From a virus, in the IMG/VR virus record IMGVR_UViG_3300017969_000006, positions 1 to 64,000 of that record: DNA of 64,000 nucleotides; one strand, given 5' to 3'. Of the stretch, positions 54,280 to 62,965 are shown one piece after another. Made by a program: the position numbers and the translations under genes. The notes under the pieces are model-generated. The model was not told the DNA's origin. It was given only the letters and a program-made list of their open reading frames with translations, and made no database searches. Within the stretch, counting starts at the first letter, position 1. Every line of letters starts with the position of its first letter.

Positions 54280-54781
54280 TTCTCCACTCTATTTTTTCTA
54301 ATGCGGCCAAATGTGATTCTGGCCAACTGTAAGATGACTCACCCAAATGCGCTAAAACCATCTGACGCAAAATCCATGCGTCACACATATCGTCAGATCC
54401 AGAACCAGACCACACGATTCCGGTTCTCGCAGAAATTGAACTTACAACTTCGGTTTTCGAAGCATTCCCTTTTCCGGTGGCGAACTTCGCTCGTGAAGTG
54501 GGTGGTATTTCCACGTAAGGAATACCATGCTCATAAAAATCGACACGCAAAACTCCACCAAGTTCACCCAAAGCATGAGCGTGAGAATTTCTTGAAGAAA
54601 AGGAATATCCCTCGATCGCTATCAGATCTATCGAGTGCGCCCGCACAAGAGCGTTGACAAAATTACGTATCTGAATTAGACGTTCAGGACCTTTTGTCTT
54701 CGGCTGAAAAACCATCGTTTCATCGTCAGACATGCAAACACCAGTCGATGTCAGCGATGGATCAACACCAAGGACGTTCAT
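54269..54781 (-). CDS. ruvC: RuvC-like Holliday junction resolvase
   Basis: VLGVDPSLTSTG, IEGY, ATGKGNASK, DDMCDA. Confidence 0.88.
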   Translation of the reverse strand: MNVLGVDPSLTSTGVCMSDDETMVFQPKTKGPERLIQIRNFVNALVRAHSIDLIAIEGYSFSSRNSHAHALGELGGVLRVDFYEHGIPYVEIPPTSRAKFATGKGNASKTEVVSSISARTGIVWSGSGSDDMCDAWILRQMVLAHLGESSYSWPESHLAALEKIEWRNEP

Positions 54782-55149
54782 TTCTCCCAGCCGTGTTTCG
54801 CTAAACCCAACTCGAATGCCAACTGCGGATAATTGCCAATTCGAACATGACATTCTCGACAGACTGCAATGCAGTTGGACTCATCAAGAATCGAACCGCC
54901 CTGACTTCTGCGAACAAGTTCGTGAATGTCTACACTCCCCCTACGAGTGTAAGCAATGACTCCATCGTGCCTCGCAAAAACCGGACACGCTTGACAGTAT
55001 CTGTGATCGTCCAACATTTTTGCGACAAGTTTGCGTCGCTCAACATATTCTGCTTCACGTTTCTTGCTACGCACTTTCAATGGCGAACCACGCTTCAGAC
55101 CACCAGACCTCTTCAAAGGGGTCCGCTTCATCGGTTTGCCACGCTTCAC
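54778..55149 (-). CDS. HNH endonuclease-like protein
   Basis: CQAC, DIHE..RRSQGG, N...VCRECH; basic N-terminus MKRTPLKR. Confidence 0.78.
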   Translation of the reverse strand: MKRGKPMKRTPLKRSGGLKRGSPLKVRSKKREAEYVERRKLVAKMLDDHRYCQACPVFARHDGVIAYTRRGSVDIHELVRRSQGGSILDESNCIAVCRECHVRIGNYPQLAFELGLAKHGWEK

Positions 55150-55655
55150 AACAACGCAGCATCCACGTTGTCGAACTCCCAGCGATTATCGAGGGTAGCC
55201 CACAGTGCTTTGTCGACCTCAGTTTCTTCCATGTTGTACTCCTGCAACATGGTCCGATGCATCTTGATAGCGCGACGATAAAAATCTGCGGTTTCCCAAG
55301 GGCTTTCCTCGATGACCTGACCGTTTTCAATCATCGCATTAACTTGGTTCAAGCGTCTTTGAACAAAGAACCTAAATCGCTCAACCTTGTTTCGCTTAGA
55401 TTTGTATGCCGACTCAGCGGTCTTCAATAATTTTGCACCATCACGGCCAAGCGCTTTGTACCTAGATGCATCGGCTTCAGAGTCAGCATCAATATCGTCA
55501 ATCTGTCCGTTCAAGTTTTCAACAAGTACCTGAAGGGCCCGTCTCCACTTGTCCCAGTTCTCTTGCTTCATTAATGTCTGTCTTTGATCTGGCGACAGTT
55601 TATTTTTGACTTCTTCAGCCACCATTTGTGCAAAAATTTCGTCCGGAATCACCAC
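55146..55655 (-). CDS. Hypothetical protein
   Basis: Coupled ORF, helical. Confidence 0.6.
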   Translation of the reverse strand: MVIPDEIFAQMVAEEVKNKLSPDQRQTLMKQENWDKWRRALQVLVENLNGQIDDIDADSEADASRYKALGRDGAKLLKTAESAYKSKRNKVERFRFFVQRRLNQVNAMIENGQVIEESPWETADFYRRAIKMHRTMLQEYNMEETEVDKALWATLDNRWEFDNVDAALL

Positions 55656-56428
55656 TACCTCCAAGCAGGGCAAATTGTTTTGTAGGCGCACCAATCGCAA
55701 AGCCGTGAGGTGCGAGTTTCGAATTGATGTGTCTCACACGCCTCATCAATAAGACGCTTCGTGATAGTTACATACTCAATTGTATCGCTTCTATCCTGAT
55801 CAGTGAATGGAACTTTATATTTAGTCCCATCCTTCAAATACAACAGTTCGAGTTGATCAGGTTCACATACTCCGAGTTCACCAATCAGCGTCCCATAAAT
55901 CCGCAGTTGCAAAAATTTGTCATCGACCCATCGCTTTGCAGGAGTTTTTCCGGTTTTGTAATCGGAAATAACATTTGTGTCACCGATGGTTAAACGGTCG
56001 ATGAAACCCTTCAATGTCACACCATTAATCTGGCCATTCAACTCGTACTCAATGTGGGTTGCGTCAACTTGCTTAGGGTTCTCGACATTGAAGATGTTCT
56101 CCAGACACCACCACGAGTTCCAGCGGAACATTCTGATGACATCTGGATCAGTACCAATCCAAGGCGTTACGCGTTCGAGCCATTCACTGTTCTCCCACGT
56201 GCTCGCAGCAAGTGACTTTAGGTTCGCTAAATTCCTATCGTCGGATGGGAGCACGTAGAAGTATTCCAATGTTTCATGCACAAAGTTACCCATCAGCGTC
56301 GCCTGCGTTGGCTCGTCTGGGATCATGTCGATTTTTGAGAACCGAAACTTCTGCGGACACTGATTGAACGTGCCCATTGATGATGGCGATAAATGCGGTG
56401 GGGGGACTAGAACATCACTACTCGCCAT
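55655..56428 (-). CDS. PD-(D/E)XK exonuclease (RecB/Cas4-like, Fe-S cysteines)
   Basis: LSPSS..F.QCP, G..VH, GFIDRL, DYKTGK, CDWCAYKTICP. Confidence 0.9.
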   Translation of the reverse strand: MASSDVLVPPPHLSPSSMGTFNQCPQKFRFSKIDMIPDEPTQATLMGNFVHETLEYFYVLPSDDRNLANLKSLAASTWENSEWLERVTPWIGTDPDVIRMFRWNSWWCLENIFNVENPKQVDATHIEYELNGQINGVTLKGFIDRLTIGDTNVISDYKTGKTPAKRWVDDKFLQLRIYGTLIGELGVCEPDQLELLYLKDGTKYKVPFTDQDRSDTIEYVTITKRLIDEACETHQFETRTSRLCDWCAYKTICPAWR

Positions 56429-57062
56429 TAGGCTCAACCCATTCCCCGCCCATCATAATGCGAACGCACTCACCGATTAGAAACTCCAGATCGACAGCCG
56501 ACGCGGTTTCCAAAGTGGGCTTAGGGGCGCCGTCGGCATACTCCGACCATACCTGTCCAAGTTCAGCCTTCTGATCGGCATTCAATTCCTTAGTGTGGCT
56601 AATGAAAGAAGTCCACAGTGCGATGATTTCTTCACTAACGACAGGCTTGGAAGCCTCCTCGTCAATGGCCAAAGCCTCGTCGGTTCGTGCGAGGTAGAGG
56701 CCGATACCGAACTGTTGAGCGGCCTTCTTGAGAGCGTCCGAAACGGCGCCCTTGAACTCGTCACCAAGATCAACAATGTCTCCGTTCTTGGTGCGCTTAA
56801 TCTTCTGACCGCCAATGCCATCCTTCCAGACCAACGTGCCGTCAATGGTGGTTTCGATGCGAACATGGGCGACAATGAAGTCAGGATCAAGTTGGTCTCG
56901 GGCGCACGAGATGATCTGGCTACTCCACTTTTCTACACCAAACACCTTGTTCATTCGAGTGATGACTTCACTGACGGGAATGTAAGTCAGGTTCGCACCA
57001 CCCTTTTTAAGGGTCCGTTCAACCTCTCGGGGAAACGGTTCGTACAGGTCATTCAATTCCAT
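56418..57062 (-). CDS. Rad52/Sak-family single-strand annealing protein
   Basis: LTYIP..EVITRMNKVFG, FKGAVSDALKKAAQQFGIGLYL. Confidence 0.88.
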   Translation of the reverse strand: MELNDLYEPFPREVERTLKKGGANLTYIPVSEVITRMNKVFGVEKWSSQIISCARDQLDPDFIVAHVRIETTIDGTLVWKDGIGGQKIKRTKNGDIVDLGDEFKGAVSDALKKAAQQFGIGLYLARTDEALAIDEEASKPVVSEEIIALWTSFISHTKELNADQKAELGQVWSEYADGAPKPTLETASAVDLEFLIGECVRIMMGGEWVEPNGE

Positions 57063-57565
57063 TACTTCGCCTTTCCAATATTGCCCTTGCGGACAATGAC
57101 GCTGGTTTTTGCTTCTGACTCGCAGTAGTTGTCAGGGTTGATTCCAATTTCATTCAACTTTGATGCACGCCAATACGAAGGCTGAACAAAGTCCAACATA
57201 CGCATGGCGACATCCTCCGAAGACATGACAACCTCGCCGGTATCCATGTCAATCGATGATTGAACGATTCTACGCACGACGTCGTTTGCAATGTCCTTGT
57301 GACGCCACTTTGTGCGAGACGATGACATCTTGCGTTCGATTTCAGCACCGTCACGCAACTTGATGAATTCATTGTTTCGCATCAGGACGCCCATTCGTGC
57401 TTCGACAGAAGAATAGACGTACGAGAGATCCGTCTTGAGAAGATTCAGTTCGAGCATCAAATTTGCGGCATCTTCCACATTGACCTCATCGGACAAATAT
57501 TCCGCGAGTGCATCATCGAGATCCGCGATTTGACGCCGAAGATCAGCAATCAAGTTAGTAATCAT
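57062..57565 (-). CDS. Hypothetical protein
   Basis: Coupled to SSAP; AAGGGGA RBS. Confidence 0.65.
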   Translation of the reverse strand: MITNLIADLRRQIADLDDALAEYLSDEVNVEDAANLMLELNLLKTDLSYVYSSVEARMGVLMRNNEFIKLRDGAEIERKMSSSRTKWRHKDIANDVVRRIVQSSIDMDTGEVVMSSEDVAMRMLDFVQPSYWRASKLNEIGINPDNYCESEAKTSVIVRKGNIGKAK

Positions 57566-57597
57566 TGTTCCCCTTTAATAAGTGTGGGTGGTTGTTG

Positions 57598-58902
57598 TTA
57601 TACGACGATAGCAACTCTTTTTCGCTGTGGCAACCCCAAACCTGTTAAATGTGTGAACGCCCCCACAGCAGAGTCGACTTGGTCATCATGTGGCGCGGCC
57701 TCCGGGAACGCCGATAACTCATCAAGCCATTCTGTTAACCATGGGGCGCGTACACATCTGACGTTGCCGTTGGCAACAGCAGCAGCAAATGGCCGTGCGC
57801 GCGTAACCTTGTCTCCAGTCGAACGGATTCCAGCAAAATCATAGCCAGACAGCACATATCGAGCATACTGATCGACAAGGGCCTTCCCTGATGAACCCGG
57901 CTCTTGCTCCATGCGAATCGCAACATGCCTTCCGTCTTCGTACGCCGTTTGAGCGATCAGTTGTTCAACCTTCTCGCCCTTGACCCTTGCTTTCTTTACA
58001 TCAAGGATGTATGCGATGCCCTGATCGAACAGCATCAACGTACCCACAGTCCAGTCAGGGTCCGGGTTGGACTGTGATGGTTCGGTGGCAGCCAAGTCCC
58101 AGAATCGAACAGCCCGGGCAGCAGATGAAATCTCAGGAACCTCATGCTGATCGAGAAGAACAACATTTTCACGTTCAAAAAGACTGCCAAGCGTAGTTGA
58201 CCACCAATCACCTTCTTCGAGCCGGCGTCGCTCAACAGGGTCAAGCGCTTGAAGGGTCTGTCTGTAGGAAGCAGCGTCGATACCCGGGTTGTCCGTCAAC
58301 TTCGACGGAACGAAAATCCGGTTGTGTTCGAGACCTTCAACAATGAATCGTTGCCGCACCCAGTTGGGCGCCGGGTTGGAAGCAGCCCTCATCCGTAGTG
58401 GCACCTTGGACAGGGGGCCGTTTGCTGGACGACGCAAACGCGAGAACATGTAGCGGTAGTCCGATTCGCGAATCTCGGTGACCTCGTCCATTCCGATAAA
58501 TTGAAATTCAGCACCCTTATAACGCAAATAGTCCTGCTGATTGTTCAAATACCCGAAAGATATGCGTGCGCCAGACGGGAAAACTGCCGTGTAGTTATTG
58601 GCGTTCCACCGAACGTCATCTTCGGCAGCAATCCAAGATTGGAAACGGTCCATGATTGCTCCGGGCAAAGCAAGGTCAGCGTAGGTGCGCCTAAACAGGA
58701 TTGCGCTATACCCGGGCACATCGACATATTGAAGTGCCGACATCAAAAGGGCCGAACTTTTACCGCCACCGGCCGCTCCGCCAAACAGGGCCTCGAGAGC
58801 GTACGTACGCAAAAAGACCTTTTGCGTCAACGATGCGGACTCTGGACAGTACAGCGCTTCCTTCGGCTGCAAATAATCTAAAACCTTTTGCCAATCTTCC
58901 AC
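57598..58902 (-). CDS. terL: Terminase large subunit
   Basis: Walker A GGAAGGGKS, Walker B FIGMDE, ASNP, RFWDLA, EQEPGSSG, HDDQVD. Confidence 0.95.
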   Translation of the reverse strand: MEDWQKVLDYLQPKEALYCPESASLTQKVFLRTYALEALFGGAAGGGKSSALLMSALQYVDVPGYSAILFRRTYADLALPGAIMDRFQSWIAAEDDVRWNANNYTAVFPSGARISFGYLNNQQDYLRYKGAEFQFIGMDEVTEIRESDYRYMFSRLRRPANGPLSKVPLRMRAASNPAPNWVRQRFIVEGLEHNRIFVPSKLTDNPGIDAASYRQTLQALDPVERRRLEEGDWWSTTLGSLFERENVVLLDQHEVPEISSAARAVRFWDLAATEPSQSNPDPDWTVGTLMLFDQGIAYILDVKKARVKGEKVEQLIAQTAYEDGRHVAIRMEQEPGSSGKALVDQYARYVLSGYDFAGIRSTGDKVTRARPFAAAVANGNVRCVRAPWLTEWLDELSAFPEAAPHDDQVDSAVGAFTHLTGLGLPQRKRVAIVV

Positions 58903-58960
58903 TGAGAGACCTTTCGCGCTATTACCAGAATAGACGACAACGTTGCGCTATGTTGTGAGT

Positions 58961-59158
58961 ATGGCCGAGCAGATAAAAACGAAGTGGCGACGCATGCGTG
59001 AAAAAGTCAACCGCGTTAATGTTGCCAACCTTCTGATGCTATTATTTATAGTGTTTACCAGTATTGGTGTCGCTCTTGTCGCCCCTTCGGCGGGATGGGG
59101 TTTCATTGCTGCTGGTGTAACAAGCGGCATATTCGGCTATCTGCTGGGACTTGAATAA
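58961..59158 (+). CDS. Small two-helix membrane protein upstream of portal
   Basis: Two hydrophobic segments. Confidence 0.6.
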   Translation: MAEQIKTKWRRMREKVNRVNVANLLMLLFIVFTSIGVALVAPSAGWGFIAAGVTSGIFGYLLGLE

Positions 59159-59160
59159 GC

Positions 59161-61146
59161 ATGGCATGGAACTCCTTTGAAAAGAAGTCACTCAACAACA
59201 TTGAGTCGAAAGCCGCACGGGTGTCGGTCGGTGCGCCCATTGCCAACAACCCCAGTTACGCCGGAAAAGGTTACCGAGACCCTTGGGACATTGAACGTGC
59301 GTACAAAGAGGGGATGCAGAAAGTTGTCTGGGTATCGCGATGCATCGACGCGATTGCCGGCAACCAAGCGCGACTACCAGTAATTCTTCGGCAAAACAAT
59401 GATCCCGAAGGAAAGATCGTTACCAAAAAGAATCTTGGAAACGGCAGCATTCTCGACATCCTGAACACGAAGGCGAACGAAGGCGAAAACTCCTTCATCT
59501 TCCGTTACAGGCTTTCCGCCCAACTTCTGATGAGCACACGAGGTGCTTTCATTGAGAAGATTAGGGGGCGCGATGGTCGAATTATCGGGCTGAACTTGCT
59601 TCCCCCTCAGTACACGTCACCAATTCCTGACCCGAGGCGCTTCGTTGCTGGCTATGAAGTGCTCATGCCTAACGGCGAGAAAATCATCATGAAGCCAGAT
59701 GATGTCATTTGGATTCGCCGTCCGCACCCCATTGACCCATACCTGTCGATGACTCCAATGGAATCAGCAGGTATCGCGATCGAAATCGAAAACCTTGCGA
59801 AACTTTATAACCGCAACTATCTCATCAACGATGGCCGACCGGGTGGTCTCCTTGTTCTCAAGGGAGAAATCGACGAGGATGATAAAGATGAACTACGTAA
59901 TCGTTTCCGAGGAAATCTTGGACGCACCGGCGCAACAACGGTAATCGCCGCTGATGATGGTGTTGACTACGTCGACACCTCGTCGAGCCCCCGCGATGCT
60001 GCTTACATTCAGATGCGGCAAATCACGAAAGAAGAGATTCTCGCCTCCTTCGGCGTGCCTGAATCGGTCATCGGTAATGCTGCGGGTCGAACATTCTCGA
60101 ATGCTGCCGAGGAAATCCGAGTTTTCTGGATTGAGACGATGATGCCTCACTTGGAGCATCTTGCTCGAGGGCTGGACGAAGCAGACGAGAAGCATTATGT
60201 CGACTTCGACACCTCTGAAGTTCCGATCCTTGTGATTTACAAGCAGGAGCGGGAAAGATACCTGCTCGATGAACTCCAGCAAGGTCTCATCACCCCAAAT
60301 GAATACCGCGAGGCAACCGGTCGGAAAAAGGTGGAATCAGAACTTGCCGATTCCATGTTGATGAATCCCAACCTCACGCCTGTCGGAAACACAGAAAAAC
60401 CGATGCCCGGGCCAGAAGCGCAAATGGGTGGAGGGGCCCCCGGAATGCCGGGAGCGATGCCGGGAGCGATGCCCGGACAACCGGGAGAAACGCCAGCGGC
60501 AATGCCGCCGCAGCAGCCGGGCGCCGCACCGCTTGATCCAAACACCATGCAGGGCGCTATGGCGGCTGAGCAGGCTCCGATGGAAACAACTAACGTTGAG
60601 CCACCGGAAGGACAGTTGGCGGATCCGGCGTTCGGTAATGTGAATACCAAATCTGACATAGATGCCGATCTTGAGCGTTGGACTCAAATCCTTGAGCGGT
60701 CACTTGAAAGGCTTGTTGAGCGACAGCAGCGAGTTGTGCTTGAAAAAGTAAGTGGTCAGAAAGCGCGAAAAGCACTTGCCGAGGGAACAATCGATCCGGA
60801 CAGCGTAATGCCATTAGACGTCTGGACGAAGCAGTTGGAAGAAGACATTCTTCCTGTCTTGAACTCAATTATGAAGGACGGGCAGGGTTTTGATGTGAAG
60901 TCGGAAAATAACGACGACATGGTTGTTCATGCCAACGCTGCACTCAGTCGCATTAAAACTGTGGTTTCTGATACCCGCACGTTTTTGGATATTGAGATCA
61001 ATAAGTGTATGGCCATTCCAGACGGTGAATTGCGCCTGAAAGTGCTTCGTTCTGCGCTTACAGGGCATTTTGCCTATCTGATGGGCAAGAAGGTTAACGA
61101 GATTGCGACCGCAGAGGCTCGCAGGGCTTGGAAATTGGCCAAGTAG
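59161..61146 (+). CDS. Portal protein (HK97 family) with C-terminal extension
   Basis: WV.RCIDAIA...ARLP, NDGRPGG, EILASFGVP, TFSNA, ITPNEYRE. Confidence 0.93.
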   Translation: MAWNSFEKKSLNNIESKAARVSVGAPIANNPSYAGKGYRDPWDIERAYKEGMQKVVWVSRCIDAIAGNQARLPVILRQNNDPEGKIVTKKNLGNGSILDILNTKANEGENSFIFRYRLSAQLLMSTRGAFIEKIRGRDGRIIGLNLLPPQYTSPIPDPRRFVAGYEVLMPNGEKIIMKPDDVIWIRRPHPIDPYLSMTPMESAGIAIEIENLAKLYNRNYLINDGRPGGLLVLKGEIDEDDKDELRNRFRGNLGRTGATTVIAADDGVDYVDTSSSPRDAAYIQMRQITKEEILASFGVPESVIGNAAGRTFSNAAEEIRVFWIETMMPHLEHLARGLDEADEKHYVDFDTSEVPILVIYKQERERYLLDELQQGLITPNEYREATGRKKVESELADSMLMNPNLTPVGNTEKPMPGPEAQMGGGAPGMPGAMPGAMPGQPGETPAAMPPQQPGAAPLDPNTMQGAMAAEQAPMETTNVEPPEGQLADPAFGNVNTKSDIDADLERWTQILERSLERLVERQQRVVLEKVSGQKARKALAEGTIDPDSVMPLDVWTKQLEEDILPVLNSIMKDGQGFDVKSENNDDMVVHANAALSRIKTVVSDTRTFLDIEINKCMAIPDGELRLKVLRSALTGHFAYLMGKKVNEIATAEARRAWKLAK

Positions 61147-61179
61147 CAGTTTACGTAAATAACTCGCAGTTTACGTAAA
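61146..61179. promoter_or_regulatory. Direct repeat of a palindromic 14-mer, candidate operator
   Basis: GCAGTTTACGTAAA at 61146 and 61166; core TTTACGTAAA is palindromic. Confidence 0.55.
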
Positions 61180-61238
61180 CCCTTTATTTTGCTCGTATTA
61201 GTTGCATTACGTCAACTACGCTTCGTTTATTATATTTA

Positions 61239-62939
61239 GTGTCGAAGGAGCGAAAAATGCCCACTAACGAACTTACCGATCTCGAAATCAAAGCAGCGCC
61301 AGCCGGCCAGATGACCGTAAATCAGGCAAAAGGCATCGTCGAGGCTTTCGTTGCAGGAATTGGCAACAAAGACTCTGTGGGCGATATTTGCGCCTCGGGA
61401 GCGTTCAACGCGAGCCTTAAGCGCCGCAAGCCACGCGTGGTGTGGGGACACAACTGGAATGACCCAATCGGTAAAGTGCTTGAAATCTATGAGGTTCCGG
61501 CTACCGACCCCCGCCTTCCGGAAAAGATGAAACGTGCCGGAATCGGTGGACTTTACGCAAAAGTTCAGTTCAACCTCAACAGTGAAAAAGGACGCGAAGC
61601 GTTCGCAAATGTCCAATTTTTCGGTTTAGAGCAAGAATGGTCAATCGGATACAAAACGCTCGACGCCATTTTCGATCCCGCCAAGCAAGCGAATGTTCTC
61701 AAAGAAGTCGAACTTTACGAAGTCAGCCCAGTTCTTCATGGCGCAAACCAGTTGACGGGAACAATTTCCGTAAAAGCAGCGAAGCAGAAACTGCGCGACC
61801 CCAAGGGTGGGCTGACCGCCGCTGGGCGACGTCACTTCAACCAGACCGAAGGATCGAACCTCAAGCCGGGCGTTAAAGGTCCTGCTGATACGCCGCAAAA
61901 AATGCGTCGGAAAGGCTCGTTTCTGACTCGCTTCTTCACAAACCCATCCGGGCCAATGAAAAAGCCGGACGGCAAGCCGACTCGCCTCGCACTTTCAGCG
62001 GCTGCATGGGGCGAACCAGTTCCACAAAACCGCAGTGACGCAGCCAAACTCGCCGCAAAAGGACGTCGACTCCTTGAACGCTACGAGAATGCGAAGAAAA
62101 AAGATGCTGATTGGGACGAGGAGCAAATCGACTATACGGTCTTTGAGAACTTCTTCGCCGAGGATAACCCCGAGTTCAAAACGCTCGAAACTGACGAGGG
62201 ATTCTCTATTAACGATATTGAAATCGACGAGGTCGACGAAAAGGGCCACTACATGATGCGTATGGTTCCACGCAGAGCCCCAGAAAGCCCCCGCCGTGAC
62301 ATTTTCGCAGAAGGCGAAGCGCAATCCCTCAATGCGGAGAAGCGAAACGCCCTTGAAATGGAAATTGCTTCACGAACCCAGATGCCGATCAAACTCATTG
62401 AGGCGACGGAAAACTTGGCTGTCTTTGCTAAGAGTAAGCCAGATGGTACTAAGAAGTTTTACCGCCTTCCATACCACTGGGACACTGAAACCCAGCAATA
62501 CATGTTTGGCAAGCCAGAGCGCGTCGAGCCAGCGATGATGTGGCGCCCACGGAAGCCACGCGTCGTCGTCCCATCACAAATGCCGTCAATGCCGGTTGAA
62601 GTAAAGCCTCAAGGTGAAGGGCGAGGCGAGTACAACAACCCTGTAACCGTGAAGTTTGAAGAAGATGAGAAAAGCGCAATCGATCAAATGATGGAGTGGC
62701 TTGATGAATCTGAAGATGTCGAAATGAAGGAAGATGCTGTTCGCTTCATCATCGAATGCGACATGGAAGATGCCTTCAACGTGAAATCTGCATTCGACCC
62801 AATCTTCGATTACTACAAAGTTGACGTCGAAGTTACTGAAGATGGAATTGAAGTTCTGTCAGAGGCTTCTGACGACTTCTTGAATGCCATTGCGGTTGCT
62901 TCCAAATCGATCTTCGGGGAGACCGAAAAAAAAGTCTGA
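61239..62939 (+). CDS. Prohead protease (HK97 family) with extra domains
   Basis: GNKDSVGDI..GAF, VWGHNW.DPIGK, EWSIGY, LYEVSPVLHGAN. Confidence 0.92.
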   Translation: MSKERKMPTNELTDLEIKAAPAGQMTVNQAKGIVEAFVAGIGNKDSVGDICASGAFNASLKRRKPRVVWGHNWNDPIGKVLEIYEVPATDPRLPEKMKRAGIGGLYAKVQFNLNSEKGREAFANVQFFGLEQEWSIGYKTLDAIFDPAKQANVLKEVELYEVSPVLHGANQLTGTISVKAAKQKLRDPKGGLTAAGRRHFNQTEGSNLKPGVKGPADTPQKMRRKGSFLTRFFTNPSGPMKKPDGKPTRLALSAAAWGEPVPQNRSDAAKLAAKGRRLLERYENAKKKDADWDEEQIDYTVFENFFAEDNPEFKTLETDEGFSINDIEIDEVDEKGHYMMRMVPRRAPESPRRDIFAEGEAQSLNAEKRNALEMEIASRTQMPIKLIEATENLAVFAKSKPDGTKKFYRLPYHWDTETQQYMFGKPERVEPAMMWRPRKPRVVVPSQMPSMPVEVKPQGEGRGEYNNPVTVKFEEDEKSAIDQMMEWLDESEDVEMKEDAVRFIIECDMEDAFNVKSAFDPIFDYYKVDVEVTEDGIEVLSEASDDFLNAIAVASKSIFGETEKKV

Positions 62940-62965
62940 GGGGTCGCGCTCAAAGTTTCGACCCC
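62916..62965 (+). other. -1 programmed ribosomal frameshift signal
   Basis: GGGGAG, then A_AAA_AAA (62927-62933), 6-nt spacer, hairpin GGGGTCG/CGACCCC. Confidence 0.75.

Noticed and set aside
55655-56428. CRISPR-associated Cas4
   Set aside because: No cas genes or array; sits next to the SSAP as a phage recombination exonuclease.
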